Below, piece by piece: positions 29,731 through 37,318 of a stretch of DNA of 64,000 nucleotides (its first letter is position 1; every line of letters starts with the position of its first letter). Origin of the DNA: Thermoplasmatota archaeon (GTDB lineage: Archaea > Thermoplasmatota > Thermoplasmata > UBA10834). The notes under the pieces were generated by a model. The model made no database searches. It was not told where the DNA came from and was given only the letters and a program-made list of their open reading frames with translations. The stretch lies in the NCBI GenBank assembly GCA_040751795.1, contig JBFMHR010000001.1, forward strand, positions 128,001 through 192,000. Reading direction: 5' to 3'. The translations under genes and the position numbers were made by a program.

Positions 29731-31458
29731 TTAGGGTTTGTTGTCGTCGCGGCTGCCCGTGTCGCCTCCGTAGATGAGCCACCTCGAGTCGTAGTAGATC
29801 TCGAAGAAGCCCATCCACGACGTGTCAGAGGTGAAGTCCAGGCCGATGTCCTGGTACATGTCCGGGCAGTCGATGCAGTAGTACTCCGCCGGCATCATGA
29901 CGGTCAGGTCCTCGTCGCCCAGGAACACGCCTATGCCGTAGTAGGCGTAGGTCATCTCCTTGGTGAACAGGAGCGTCCAGACGTCGTCCTCGTCCCATTG
30001 CAGCCAGGTCGGCGGGAACCAGATGTTGAGCCCGTGCGGGAACGAGTTGCCCGAGCGGTCGAGTATCTGGCTCTGCGAGACCCAGAGGAGGGCCCCGTCG
30101 CCCGTCAGGTACTTCGCCTGCCACACGCCGCGGTATATGCCTGGCTCCACGTACCCGAACTTGTCCATGAAGTCCTCGAGGAGGAGCCTCACGAACGGGT
30201 CCTTGAGTTCATAGAGCTCCGGCAGGTCGGTAAGGTCGACGTCCTCGCTCGGCGGCACCGCGTCGCCGTAGGCCTCGTAGTTCGAGAGGGCCGACATGCT
30301 CCACAGCCAAGTGTAGGTGTCGGGGAGCCACTCGTACCCCTGCTGGTCGTTGATCTTACCGATCAGCGCGCAGTCCCTTGCGGACGAGATGTTGTTCCTG
30401 TTCAGCGGGATCCAGGACCACACGTCCACGCCGGTGGTGAGGTCCGGGTACATCCACTGGTCCAGCTTCGCTTCGATTTCGACGTCCTCGGCCTCCGCCT
30501 CATCGATGATGTCCTCGGAGAGCGCCCCGGTCATGATGTAGTCCAGGTAGGCGTCGAATGCGTCGACGACCGCCTCGACCTTCTCGCCGCCCTCGCCCAT
30601 CTGGAACACGGCCGCCGTCACGTACATCTGGGAATTGGCGAGCAGCTTGTCGTACTTCGGCTTGCTGCCCCCGGTGTTGTTGTAGTACTTGACGTAGTCC
30701 TGGGTGAGGACTATGCACGCCTCGTCCACGGGCATGGCCGGGTCTGCGACGAGGTCCTTCACGAAGAGGTAGTACGGCAGCCCCTCCAGCGGGACCTGCT
30801 GCTGCGAACCCACGAAGTAGCTCGTGACCTTCCTCAGCTCGTAGGCGACCTCTATCGAGCCCATGTTGTCCCCGTCGAAGACGAGCGCGTCGATCCATGC
30901 GTCCCTGTTCTCGGTGTACACGGTCTCGAGAGCCCCTCTCAGCCCGTCAATGGGCATCAGGAGGTTCTCCACGTCCTCCTCGTCCTCATTCACGGTGTCG
31001 TCTGGGCATATCCCGCACCACGCGTGCCCATTCTTGAGCACCAGCATGGTCTTGTCCGCGGGGTAGGCCGGGATGGCCCACCCGAGGAAGTCGACCATCG
31101 TCTGCGGGTCGGTCATCCTCTTCTCGACGTTGCCGGTGCCGAAGGCGGCGGAGGTCTTCTCCGTCATGCCGTCCTCCGTCAGCTCGAACACGTCGGTGTC
31201 GCCGTTGTTCGGCCCGTCGATCAGCAGCACGAAGGCCACCGCGGCCCCGTCGGCCTCGGCCTCCGCGAGGGCCTTCAAGGTCTGATCGACGCAGAACTCC
31301 GTGGCCTGATACAGGTCGTTGTCCGCTCCGAAATACATCAGGACTGTCCAATCCCTGCCGGTGGACTCGCCCGATGTCCCCAGCGCCGCCGCAGGCAGCA
31401 GCATCATCGCCGTCGCCATGAGGGCGGTCGCAAATCTGCTCCTACTCCTCATTGTCAT
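29731..31458 (-). CDS. Secreted clostripain (peptidase C11)-like protein, catalytic Cys absent
   Basis: Signal peptide; WTVLMYFGADNDL, FLGWAIPAYPADKTMLVL, FDGDNMGSIEVAYEL, GLPY; start set at ATG 31458. Confidence 0.8.
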   Translation of the reverse strand: MTMRSRSRFATALMATAMMLLPAAALGTSGESTGRDWTVLMYFGADNDLYQATEFCVDQTLKALAEAEADGAAVAFVLLIDGPNNGDTDVFELTEDGMTEKTSAAFGTGNVEKRMTDPQTMVDFLGWAIPAYPADKTMLVLKNGHAWCGICPDDTVNEDEEDVENLLMPIDGLRGALETVYTENRDAWIDALVFDGDNMGSIEVAYELRKVTSYFVGSQQQVPLEGLPYYLFVKDLVADPAMPVDEACIVLTQDYVKYYNNTGGSKPKYDKLLANSQMYVTAAVFQMGEGGEKVEAVVDAFDAYLDYIMTGALSEDIIDEAEAEDVEIEAKLDQWMYPDLTTGVDVWSWIPLNRNNISSARDCALIGKINDQQGYEWLPDTYTWLWSMSALSNYEAYGDAVPPSEDVDLTDLPELYELKDPFVRLLLEDFMDKFGYVEPGIYRGVWQAKYLTGDGALLWVSQSQILDRSGNSFPHGLNIWFPPTWLQWDEDDVWTLLFTKEMTYAYYGIGVFLGDEDLTVMMPAEYYCIDCPDMYQDIGLDFTSDTSWMGFFEIYYDSRWLIYGGDTGSRDDNKP

Positions 31459-31543
31459 TCTCCCCCTAAGTCTCCGAACATAGTCAGTACTGACTAGCAC
31501 ACCCCCCGAGGTCTGAAACAGCATCTAATCCATTGTCTAGAAT

Positions 31544-32017
31544 CGGTTTCATCTGGCGAAATTCGACATGGCCGTCATAGCCTGCCGCCGCAGTCAGGCA
31601 CCCTCACCGCCCCAAATCGGAGCTGACCCTGGGGGGGCTACTGACCCCCCTCCCGGGGAGCGGCTGCCCGCGGCGCCACCCGGGGGATCGGACGGCCGGG
31701 CGACCCGCGCATCTCCACAAGAAGAAGGGGTTTGGCGGGGCCCGCCCTCCCATTCCTTGGCACGGAGAGTTGGGGAGGAGGGAGGGGTTGGGCCCCTTAG
31801 AGTTGATTGGCTTTGGCTTCCCCCGAATCCAAATCCATTTTTATACTGAGGTCTGCCGGACCGCCCTGCCGCGAACGCCCGGCAGGGAAGGCCTCCGGCG
31901 GTGAGGGAGCCCGTTCCGCGCCCTCGTGGCTCGGCGTGACAGTACCTCGCGCCAGTATTCACGATGGATGAAATAGCCTACAGACTCTCGCCTGAGAACG
32001 GTTTCATCTGGACGAAA
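31544..32017. promoter_or_regulatory. Repeated imperfect palindrome TTTCATC..GAAA (three sites)
   Basis: CGGTTTCATCTGG exact at 31544-31556 and 31999-32011, each followed by (A)CGAAAT; inverted half-site GATGAAA at 31967-31973. Confidence 0.55.
31718..31825 (-). ncRNA. Candidate small structured RNA
   Basis: Minus-strand TATAAAAA (31838-31845), nested stems GGGGCCC/GGGCCCC and CCCTCCC/GGGAGGG, then TTCTTCTT. Confidence 0.3.
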
Positions 32018-32060
32018 TCCGGGGCGGGGAAGGGCGGATAACAGCGAAATAACGCCTGAC

Positions 32061-32576
32061 TCATGCGCCTTTCTTGAGCCTGACCATGTTGGTCATCCCG
32101 TGGCGCTCCCTCTTTATAAGGTCCCGGTCCTCGAGCTTGTCGAGCAGGCGGGTCACCTTGGACTTCGAGAACTCCCCCGAGGATACGAGCTTCATCTGCA
32201 GCACCTCGCCCCCGGCGGCTTCTATGATCTCGTAGAGGCGCCTCTCGTCCCCGGTGAGCCGGCTCAGGTCGGGGCCGGCCTCCCCCTCCTCCGGGACGGG
32301 CTGCGGCGGGGCCTCGTCCGACGGCGTCTGACCGACGGCCGGGGAGGAGGCGTGGGCGACCGCCCGCTTCAGGAACTCCGCGTACGCGGCCATCGCCAAG
32401 GACACGGACAGGCATGCGATGGAGGCCACGAGCACCCCCCAGCCGAGGGGGTCCAGCGAGAACGTCTGCCCGGGGGCGGGGTCCGCGAGGCCCCTGTCGA
32501 GCATCAGCACGAGGACGACGGCGGACACGCCCGCGGCCAAGACGCTGGTCCAGACAGCCACAGACGCCTGCTTCAC
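32061..32576 (-). CDS. Membrane-anchored wHTH protein (COG2512-like)
   Basis: Two TM helices, then LTGDERRLYEII..GGEVLQ..FSKSKVTRLLDKLEDRDLIKRERHGMTN; GTG start assumed. Confidence 0.82.
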   Translation of the reverse strand: MKQASVAVWTSVLAAGVSAVVLVLMLDRGLADPAPGQTFSLDPLGWGVLVASIACLSVSLAMAAYAEFLKRAVAHASSPAVGQTPSDEAPPQPVPEEGEAGPDLSRLTGDERRLYEIIEAAGGEVLQMKLVSSGEFSKSKVTRLLDKLEDRDLIKRERHGMTNMVRLKKGA

Positions 32577-32691
32577 GGGTGCATGAATCCCGTCATCGGT
32601 AGATATAATGTCGCAGCCCGGGACTGGCGGATATGGCAAGTATTTTAGAGGGCGGCCGTCATGATGCACCTCGGCACAGGAGGACCGGGCA

Positions 32692-33441
32692 TTGGCCGGG
32701 GAGGAGAGGGCGCTACACAGCGTCATGATCGTCTCGACAGCCGTATTCATAGTGATGGTGATGCTCCTCTTCGCCGTCCTCGCTTCCCCGTCGCTCTCCC
32801 CCATCGCCTCGATTGGCGACTGGGACGGCGACGGGCGCACGAACGACTCGGACCTGTTCCCGAGGGACAGGGCGGAGTGGACCGACTCCGACGACGACGG
32901 GGTGGGGGACAACGCCGACGCCTTCCCCGACGACGAGGACGAGACGAGCGACTCGGACGGCGATGGCGTGGGGGACAACGCGGACTTCTTCGACGGGGGC
33001 GACGCCGCGATGAGGTTGGCCCTCGACGGGTTCGAGTTCCTGGGGTACGAGGAGAACTACGTCAGGACGAGGTACTACCCGAACGCCTGGTTCAAGGTCT
33101 ACGTCGACCTCGACGGGGACGGCGGATACGACCTCGTCGAGGAGAGCGGGATATTCAACGCGACCAGGTCCCTCAGCGACTTCTTCTCCTGCACGGTGGA
33201 CGTGGCCGACGACGACCCGTCCGTCAGGTTCAATGTCAGGGCGTACGACGTCTGGGAGGTCAGCGCCAACAACGTGACCGACTACGAGACGATGGACTAC
33301 TGGCCCGTCTCGGAGGTGCTCTGGGAGGACCACACGGTCGTCCTGCCCCTCGACGACACCTGGTGGTCCGACGGGAACGGCGACGACGACACCCCGGACT
33401 GCTACCTCAAGTACACCGTCGAGACGGTCGCCCTGGACTGA
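32692..33441 (+). CDS. Membrane-anchored acidic protein with thrombospondin type 3-like Ca-binding repeats
   Basis: N-terminal TM; DWDGDGRTNDSDLFP, DSDDDGVGDNADAFP, DSDGDGVGDNAD. Confidence 0.8.
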   Translation: MAGEERALHSVMIVSTAVFIVMVMLLFAVLASPSLSPIASIGDWDGDGRTNDSDLFPRDRAEWTDSDDDGVGDNADAFPDDEDETSDSDGDGVGDNADFFDGGDAAMRLALDGFEFLGYEENYVRTRYYPNAWFKVYVDLDGDGGYDLVEESGIFNATRSLSDFFSCTVDVADDDPSVRFNVRAYDVWEVSANNVTDYETMDYWPVSEVLWEDHTVVLPLDDTWWSDGNGDDDTPDCYLKYTVETVALD

Positions 33442-33449
33442 GCCCCGGG

Positions 33450-36266
33450 TCAGCCGACCCTTCTCCGCGCCGACGACCGAGCGGCAAGCACGATGATGAG
33501 CATGGCGGCGACCGGCACGAGCATGGCCGGGAACTCCGGGATCGCCTGGCCCCCGATGTAGACCGCGACGGAGGCCGTGGACGAGAGGCCCGCGCCGTCC
33601 ATGACCTCCACCGAGGCATCGAAGAGGCCCGGTGCCCCGTACGTGTGCTCGGCCGTCGCGTCGGGCGACCAGTCCGTGTCCCAGACCCCGTCGCCCGTCC
33701 AGTCCCACCTGAAGAGCAGCGATGGGGCCGGGGTCTCCGCGTCCGATGAGCCCGATGCGTCGAAGGCGACCGGGCCTCCCGCGAGCGCGGCGCTCTCGTC
33801 GGCCTCGATGGACGCGGCGGGCGGGGAGTTCACGAACACCTCGGAGGAGTATTCGTCCCAGTCCGGGTCCAGGTGCTCGTCATCGTCCGTGGCCACCACA
33901 GTCACTGGATAGGCCGTGTCGGAGCCGAGGGCGTAGACATGGACGAACTCGAAGGACGCCGCATCGCCCGGTCCCACAAGGTCCTGGCTCAGCGTGCTCA
34001 TCGGCGACCCGTCTCCGAAGTCGCACTCGACCGTCAGCAGCCCGCCCTCCGCGTCGACCACCTCCACGACGAGGGTCGCCTCGCTGCCTGGCATGATGTA
34101 GTCTCCCTCCGGGGAGACTGTCACAGACGTTATGGAGGGCACCTCGTAGGGGTCGAGCGGGTACACGATGACCTGGGCGGAGTCGCTCACGTTGTTGCCG
34201 TGGTCGTCGACCGCGTATGCCACCAGGGTGTACTCGCCCCCCTCGGTGAACATGTGGATGGCGCCGAAGCCGTCCTCCGAGGTGGACAGAGACCACGGGG
34301 ACCCGTCCCCCCAGTCGTACCAGACCACCACCTCCGACTCCGCGGGGTATTCGAGCGACGACGGGGCGAAGTACGTCTCCGAGTTGAGCAACGCGTAATA
34401 GGTGTCCTCCAGGCTGATCGTGGGTGGGTCCACGGCATACGGCGTCACGGCGAGGGAGTCGACCCATCCCGCATCCTCCATGGCGCTCGACGAACCGTCC
34501 TTCGCATATTCCCATGCGACGTCGTGGACCCCCACGGCCAGGTGGGCCTCGACGCTCGTCCAGCCGACGTCGCCGCTGACCGCCTCCACGACCGACCCAT
34601 CGACGATGAGGCTCAGGACGTCCCCGCCGGACTGGGAGGAGACCATCCAATCGAATGTGACGTCCGCGGGGCCCTCGACCCGCGTCCCGAGCCGGGAGCG
34701 CCCGCCGTCTGAGACGTCCCCGGTCTGCATCGAGTCGCCGTCGCCCGAGGAATGGTGGTCCACCGGGACCCACGTGGCCTGGCCCGATGACGACCAAGCG
34801 AGCGAGGCGGCCTCGAGGGCGTCGCCGGTGGCCATCGGAGCGTAGTAGTCGAGGTAGGCGCTCACGGTGGCCGGAGTGTCCGCAGGTACGTCGGCCGACT
34901 GCCCTGAGGCCTGTGACGCGGACCCGGGTATGAATGTCGGCTCGTATGCCTCCACCCTCAGGGAGGACACGACACCGTCCTCCATCGAGTCACCCACCAT
35001 GAGGTGCATACCCCCCGACGACCAGAAGACCGCCGCATGCTCGGTCATGTCGAGGCACATGAACGTCGGGAAGCCCTCCTTCGAGTGGAAGCCGCCATCG
35101 AAGAAGGGCGACTTTGCGTTCAGCGGGTCGGGCGTGGAGCCCACGCTGACCGTGATCGATGAGCTCCTCGATGGCGCGGCGTCGAAGTGCCACACGGCCA
35201 TGAGGGACGGGTCGTAGTCCGGGATGTCGACTATGAAGTTCGCGGTCAGCACCCCCGACGACCCGAGCTCCTCGAGCGCCGCGTATGTGAACCAGTAGTA
35301 TCCGGAGTCACCCCAGCCGTCGCCCCACGAGTTCACGACCCTGAACGCCCCGGCGTCCGAGTCGTCCGTGAGGGAGTCGTCGAAGCCCACGACGGTCTGG
35401 GCGTGGTTGAGGTCCAGTGAGGAGTACTCTGCGGACGAGAGGATGTAGTTGCCGTCGCTGAAGCCGGGCACGAACTCGTTCGCGTCCATGGCGAACGACA
35501 CAGGGGTGCCTGCCGCCACGAGCGCCTTGATCGCGCCGACGGTCGTCGAGGCGCTGTACTCCAGGTAGCCCGCCTCCGCCGCCCTGTGCAGCGGCGCCTC
35601 CCTGAAGGCCTCCGGCGACCCCCAGCTGGTGAAGTCGCCGTCGTCGTAGGGCATGGCCGCCAGGGTGGGCACGCCCCAGTCACGAATGACGAACATGTTG
35701 GTGTCCATCCAGGAGCCCTTCTCCATCCCGCCGTTCACCATGTTGTACGTCCATGCAGGGGAGAGCAGCTGCGACGCGTTGCCGGCGGATGCCTCGGTCC
35801 AGGCGCTGTCGACGGCCTCCATGTATCCGTAGGAGTAGTATGTCGCGGCCCAAGCGGCGCATGAGCCCTGGGCTCCCTGGTCGCCGACGGCAGGGAACTC
35901 CGGGTCCGAGGAGAGGTCGAACGAACCCGGGAGGTCCTCGGCGAGCGCCTCCACCTCGAACATGGCCAGGTTGCCCACGAGGATCTGCCATTCATCCGCC
36001 GTGCGTGGCGCGAGGCCCGTGCCGAACCCGTCGACCACGACCGGCTCGTAGCGGTCTCCCTGCGCCCTCACCCCGAGATGCAGCATCATGCCCTCCACAT
36101 CCTCGGCGGTGGCCAAGTGGGAGGTCATGGCGAGGGATGTGGCGGGGAAGCCATCTGACGGGGGCTCCGGCGCCCCGGCCGGCGATGCCGCGGCCGCCCC
36201 GTAGGCGAGCGCGGCCGAGAACAGAAGTACGAGTATCCCTAAGGCGGTCCCCCTCTCGAAAGACAA
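33450..36266 (-). CDS. Secreted papain-family (C1A) cysteine protease with PKD domains and PEF-CTERM anchor
   Basis: Signal peptide; DQGAQGSCAAWA, NHAQTVVGFDD, VNSWG; DWGDGS/DFGDGS/WDWTGDG PKD motifs; IPEF-TM-RRR tail. Confidence 0.9.
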   Translation of the reverse strand: MSFERGTALGILVLLFSAALAYGAAAASPAGAPEPPSDGFPATSLAMTSHLATAEDVEGMMLHLGVRAQGDRYEPVVVDGFGTGLAPRTADEWQILVGNLAMFEVEALAEDLPGSFDLSSDPEFPAVGDQGAQGSCAAWAATYYSYGYMEAVDSAWTEASAGNASQLLSPAWTYNMVNGGMEKGSWMDTNMFVIRDWGVPTLAAMPYDDGDFTSWGSPEAFREAPLHRAAEAGYLEYSASTTVGAIKALVAAGTPVSFAMDANEFVPGFSDGNYILSSAEYSSLDLNHAQTVVGFDDSLTDDSDAGAFRVVNSWGDGWGDSGYYWFTYAALEELGSSGVLTANFIVDIPDYDPSLMAVWHFDAAPSRSSSITVSVGSTPDPLNAKSPFFDGGFHSKEGFPTFMCLDMTEHAAVFWSSGGMHLMVGDSMEDGVVSSLRVEAYEPTFIPGSASQASGQSADVPADTPATVSAYLDYYAPMATGDALEAASLAWSSSGQATWVPVDHHSSGDGDSMQTGDVSDGGRSRLGTRVEGPADVTFDWMVSSQSGGDVLSLIVDGSVVEAVSGDVGWTSVEAHLAVGVHDVAWEYAKDGSSSAMEDAGWVDSLAVTPYAVDPPTISLEDTYYALLNSETYFAPSSLEYPAESEVVVWYDWGDGSPWSLSTSEDGFGAIHMFTEGGEYTLVAYAVDDHGNNVSDSAQVIVYPLDPYEVPSITSVTVSPEGDYIMPGSEATLVVEVVDAEGGLLTVECDFGDGSPMSTLSQDLVGPGDAASFEFVHVYALGSDTAYPVTVVATDDDEHLDPDWDEYSSEVFVNSPPAASIEADESAALAGGPVAFDASGSSDAETPAPSLLFRWDWTGDGVWDTDWSPDATAEHTYGAPGLFDASVEVMDGAGLSSTASVAVYIGGQAIPEFPAMLVPVAAMLIIVLAARSSARRRVG

Positions 36267-36377
36267 TGTGCCACCTAGCTCTCGTCGACGCTACTGGCGC
36301 GGACCGATATCTAGTTTGCGCATCACGGGGGCAGGGGACAAACGTATTAATCGGGGAAGCCATTTCCTCAGAAGCAG

Positions 36378-36490
36378 GCAGGTGTAATCTAGTCTGGTTA
36401 GGATTTTGGCCTTCCAACTCATCCAAGAAGGAAAACAAAATTGGAGAGGGACGAAAGCCAACGGCCCGGGTTCGAATCCCGGCACCTGCA
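36378..36490 (+). tRNA. tRNA-Gly(TCC) with 39-nt intron at 37/38 (36417-36455)
   Basis: Acceptor GCAGGTG/CACCTGC+A; anticodon stem TTGGC/GCCAA, loop CT-TCC-A|A; T arm CCGGGTTCGAATCCCGG; spliced length 74 nt. Confidence 0.9.
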
Positions 36491-36557
36491 CTTCCGGTCC
36501 CAATGGGTTTGATGCCTGGTCATGTCCGCGCATTCGTGCGCATCAAGACCCGATACC

Positions 36558-36749
36558 TCACTCATCTTCTCCATACGCGGGGTGGTAGCGCGCGAGGGCG
36601 ACAGTCTCGTCGAACTGCCTGGCCTCCGCCAGCGCCAACTGCGGCACGAAGCAGTGGGGGTGGAACTCGGTCATTCTCTTGTGGTCGAATGTCTCGAAGT
36701 CGTCTTCGGACACGATCGTCGTCTGCTTCTGTCTCCTCGTCTTGAACAT
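36558..36749 (-). CDS. Small hypothetical protein
   Basis: AGGTGA RBS before ATG 36749, directly after the upstream ORF stop; atypical codon usage. Confidence 0.4.
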   Translation of the reverse strand: MFKTRRQKQTTIVSEDDFETFDHKRMTEFHPHCFVPQLALAEARQFDETVALARYHPAYGEDE

Positions 36750-36758
36750 CTTGCTCAC

Positions 36759-36992
36759 CTATCCAGCGATTTCTGCTCTCTCACACATCTCAGGAACTGG
36801 CTCCCAAACGTGGTGCAGGCTCTGGTCGATCTCTTTCAGGTCATCCAGGAGTTCGACGATGTCGTTGACATCTTGCCCGAGGCCGGACATCTCGTTCGCG
36901 AGGTCCTCTAGGTCTCTGAGCGTGTGGGTCCGAACCCATTCAATCGCCTGGACGTTCCTTGCCGCCGCCTGTGCCGCGTTCCCGCGTCTCAT
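36759..36992 (-). CDS. Small acidic helical hypothetical protein
   Basis: 77-aa ORF, amphipathic helices LRDLEDLANEM..IVELLDDLKEI; atypical codon usage. Confidence 0.45.
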   Translation of the reverse strand: MRRGNAAQAAARNVQAIEWVRTHTLRDLEDLANEMSGLGQDVNDIVELLDDLKEIDQSLHHVWEPVPEMCERAEIAG

Positions 36993-37318
36993 TGCATCCC
37001 ATCCTAAGGGTTTTGTCTGACATTTCGTCAGCTGATTCCCCGTATAACGCTTCGACCTATTTAATCATTGTTCAAATGTCGTAGGTGTGCCCGAGTTTCG
37101 TCTGACCGAGAACGCGGACGGACGCGAGAAATCTCCAGGAGATTTCTGAATCTGGACATGCCTAGGACCGCATGGACGACGATCGTCCTGACCGGTCACT
37201 CGTCTGACGAGATGCTGTGCATCTCGCACGCTCAGAAGGGGCGGCCCGAGGGCGCAACTGCAAACGCTTTTAACGAAACAAATCATTAAGACGTCTTCAG
37301 CCAGAGGATGGATGCCGA

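Noticed and set aside
31570-31960. RNase P or SRP RNA in the long spacer
   Set aside because: Could not find the GAGGAAAGUCC-type or SRP helix-8 consensus on either strand
32810-32990. Direct repeats GACGG..GTGGGGGACAACGC
   Set aside because: Coding TSP3-like calcium-binding repeats, not a CRISPR or mobile repeat
37068-37289. 73-aa CxxC ORF as a confident gene
   Set aside because: TTG start without RBS, a single CxxC and atypical composition; mentioned only within the insert finding
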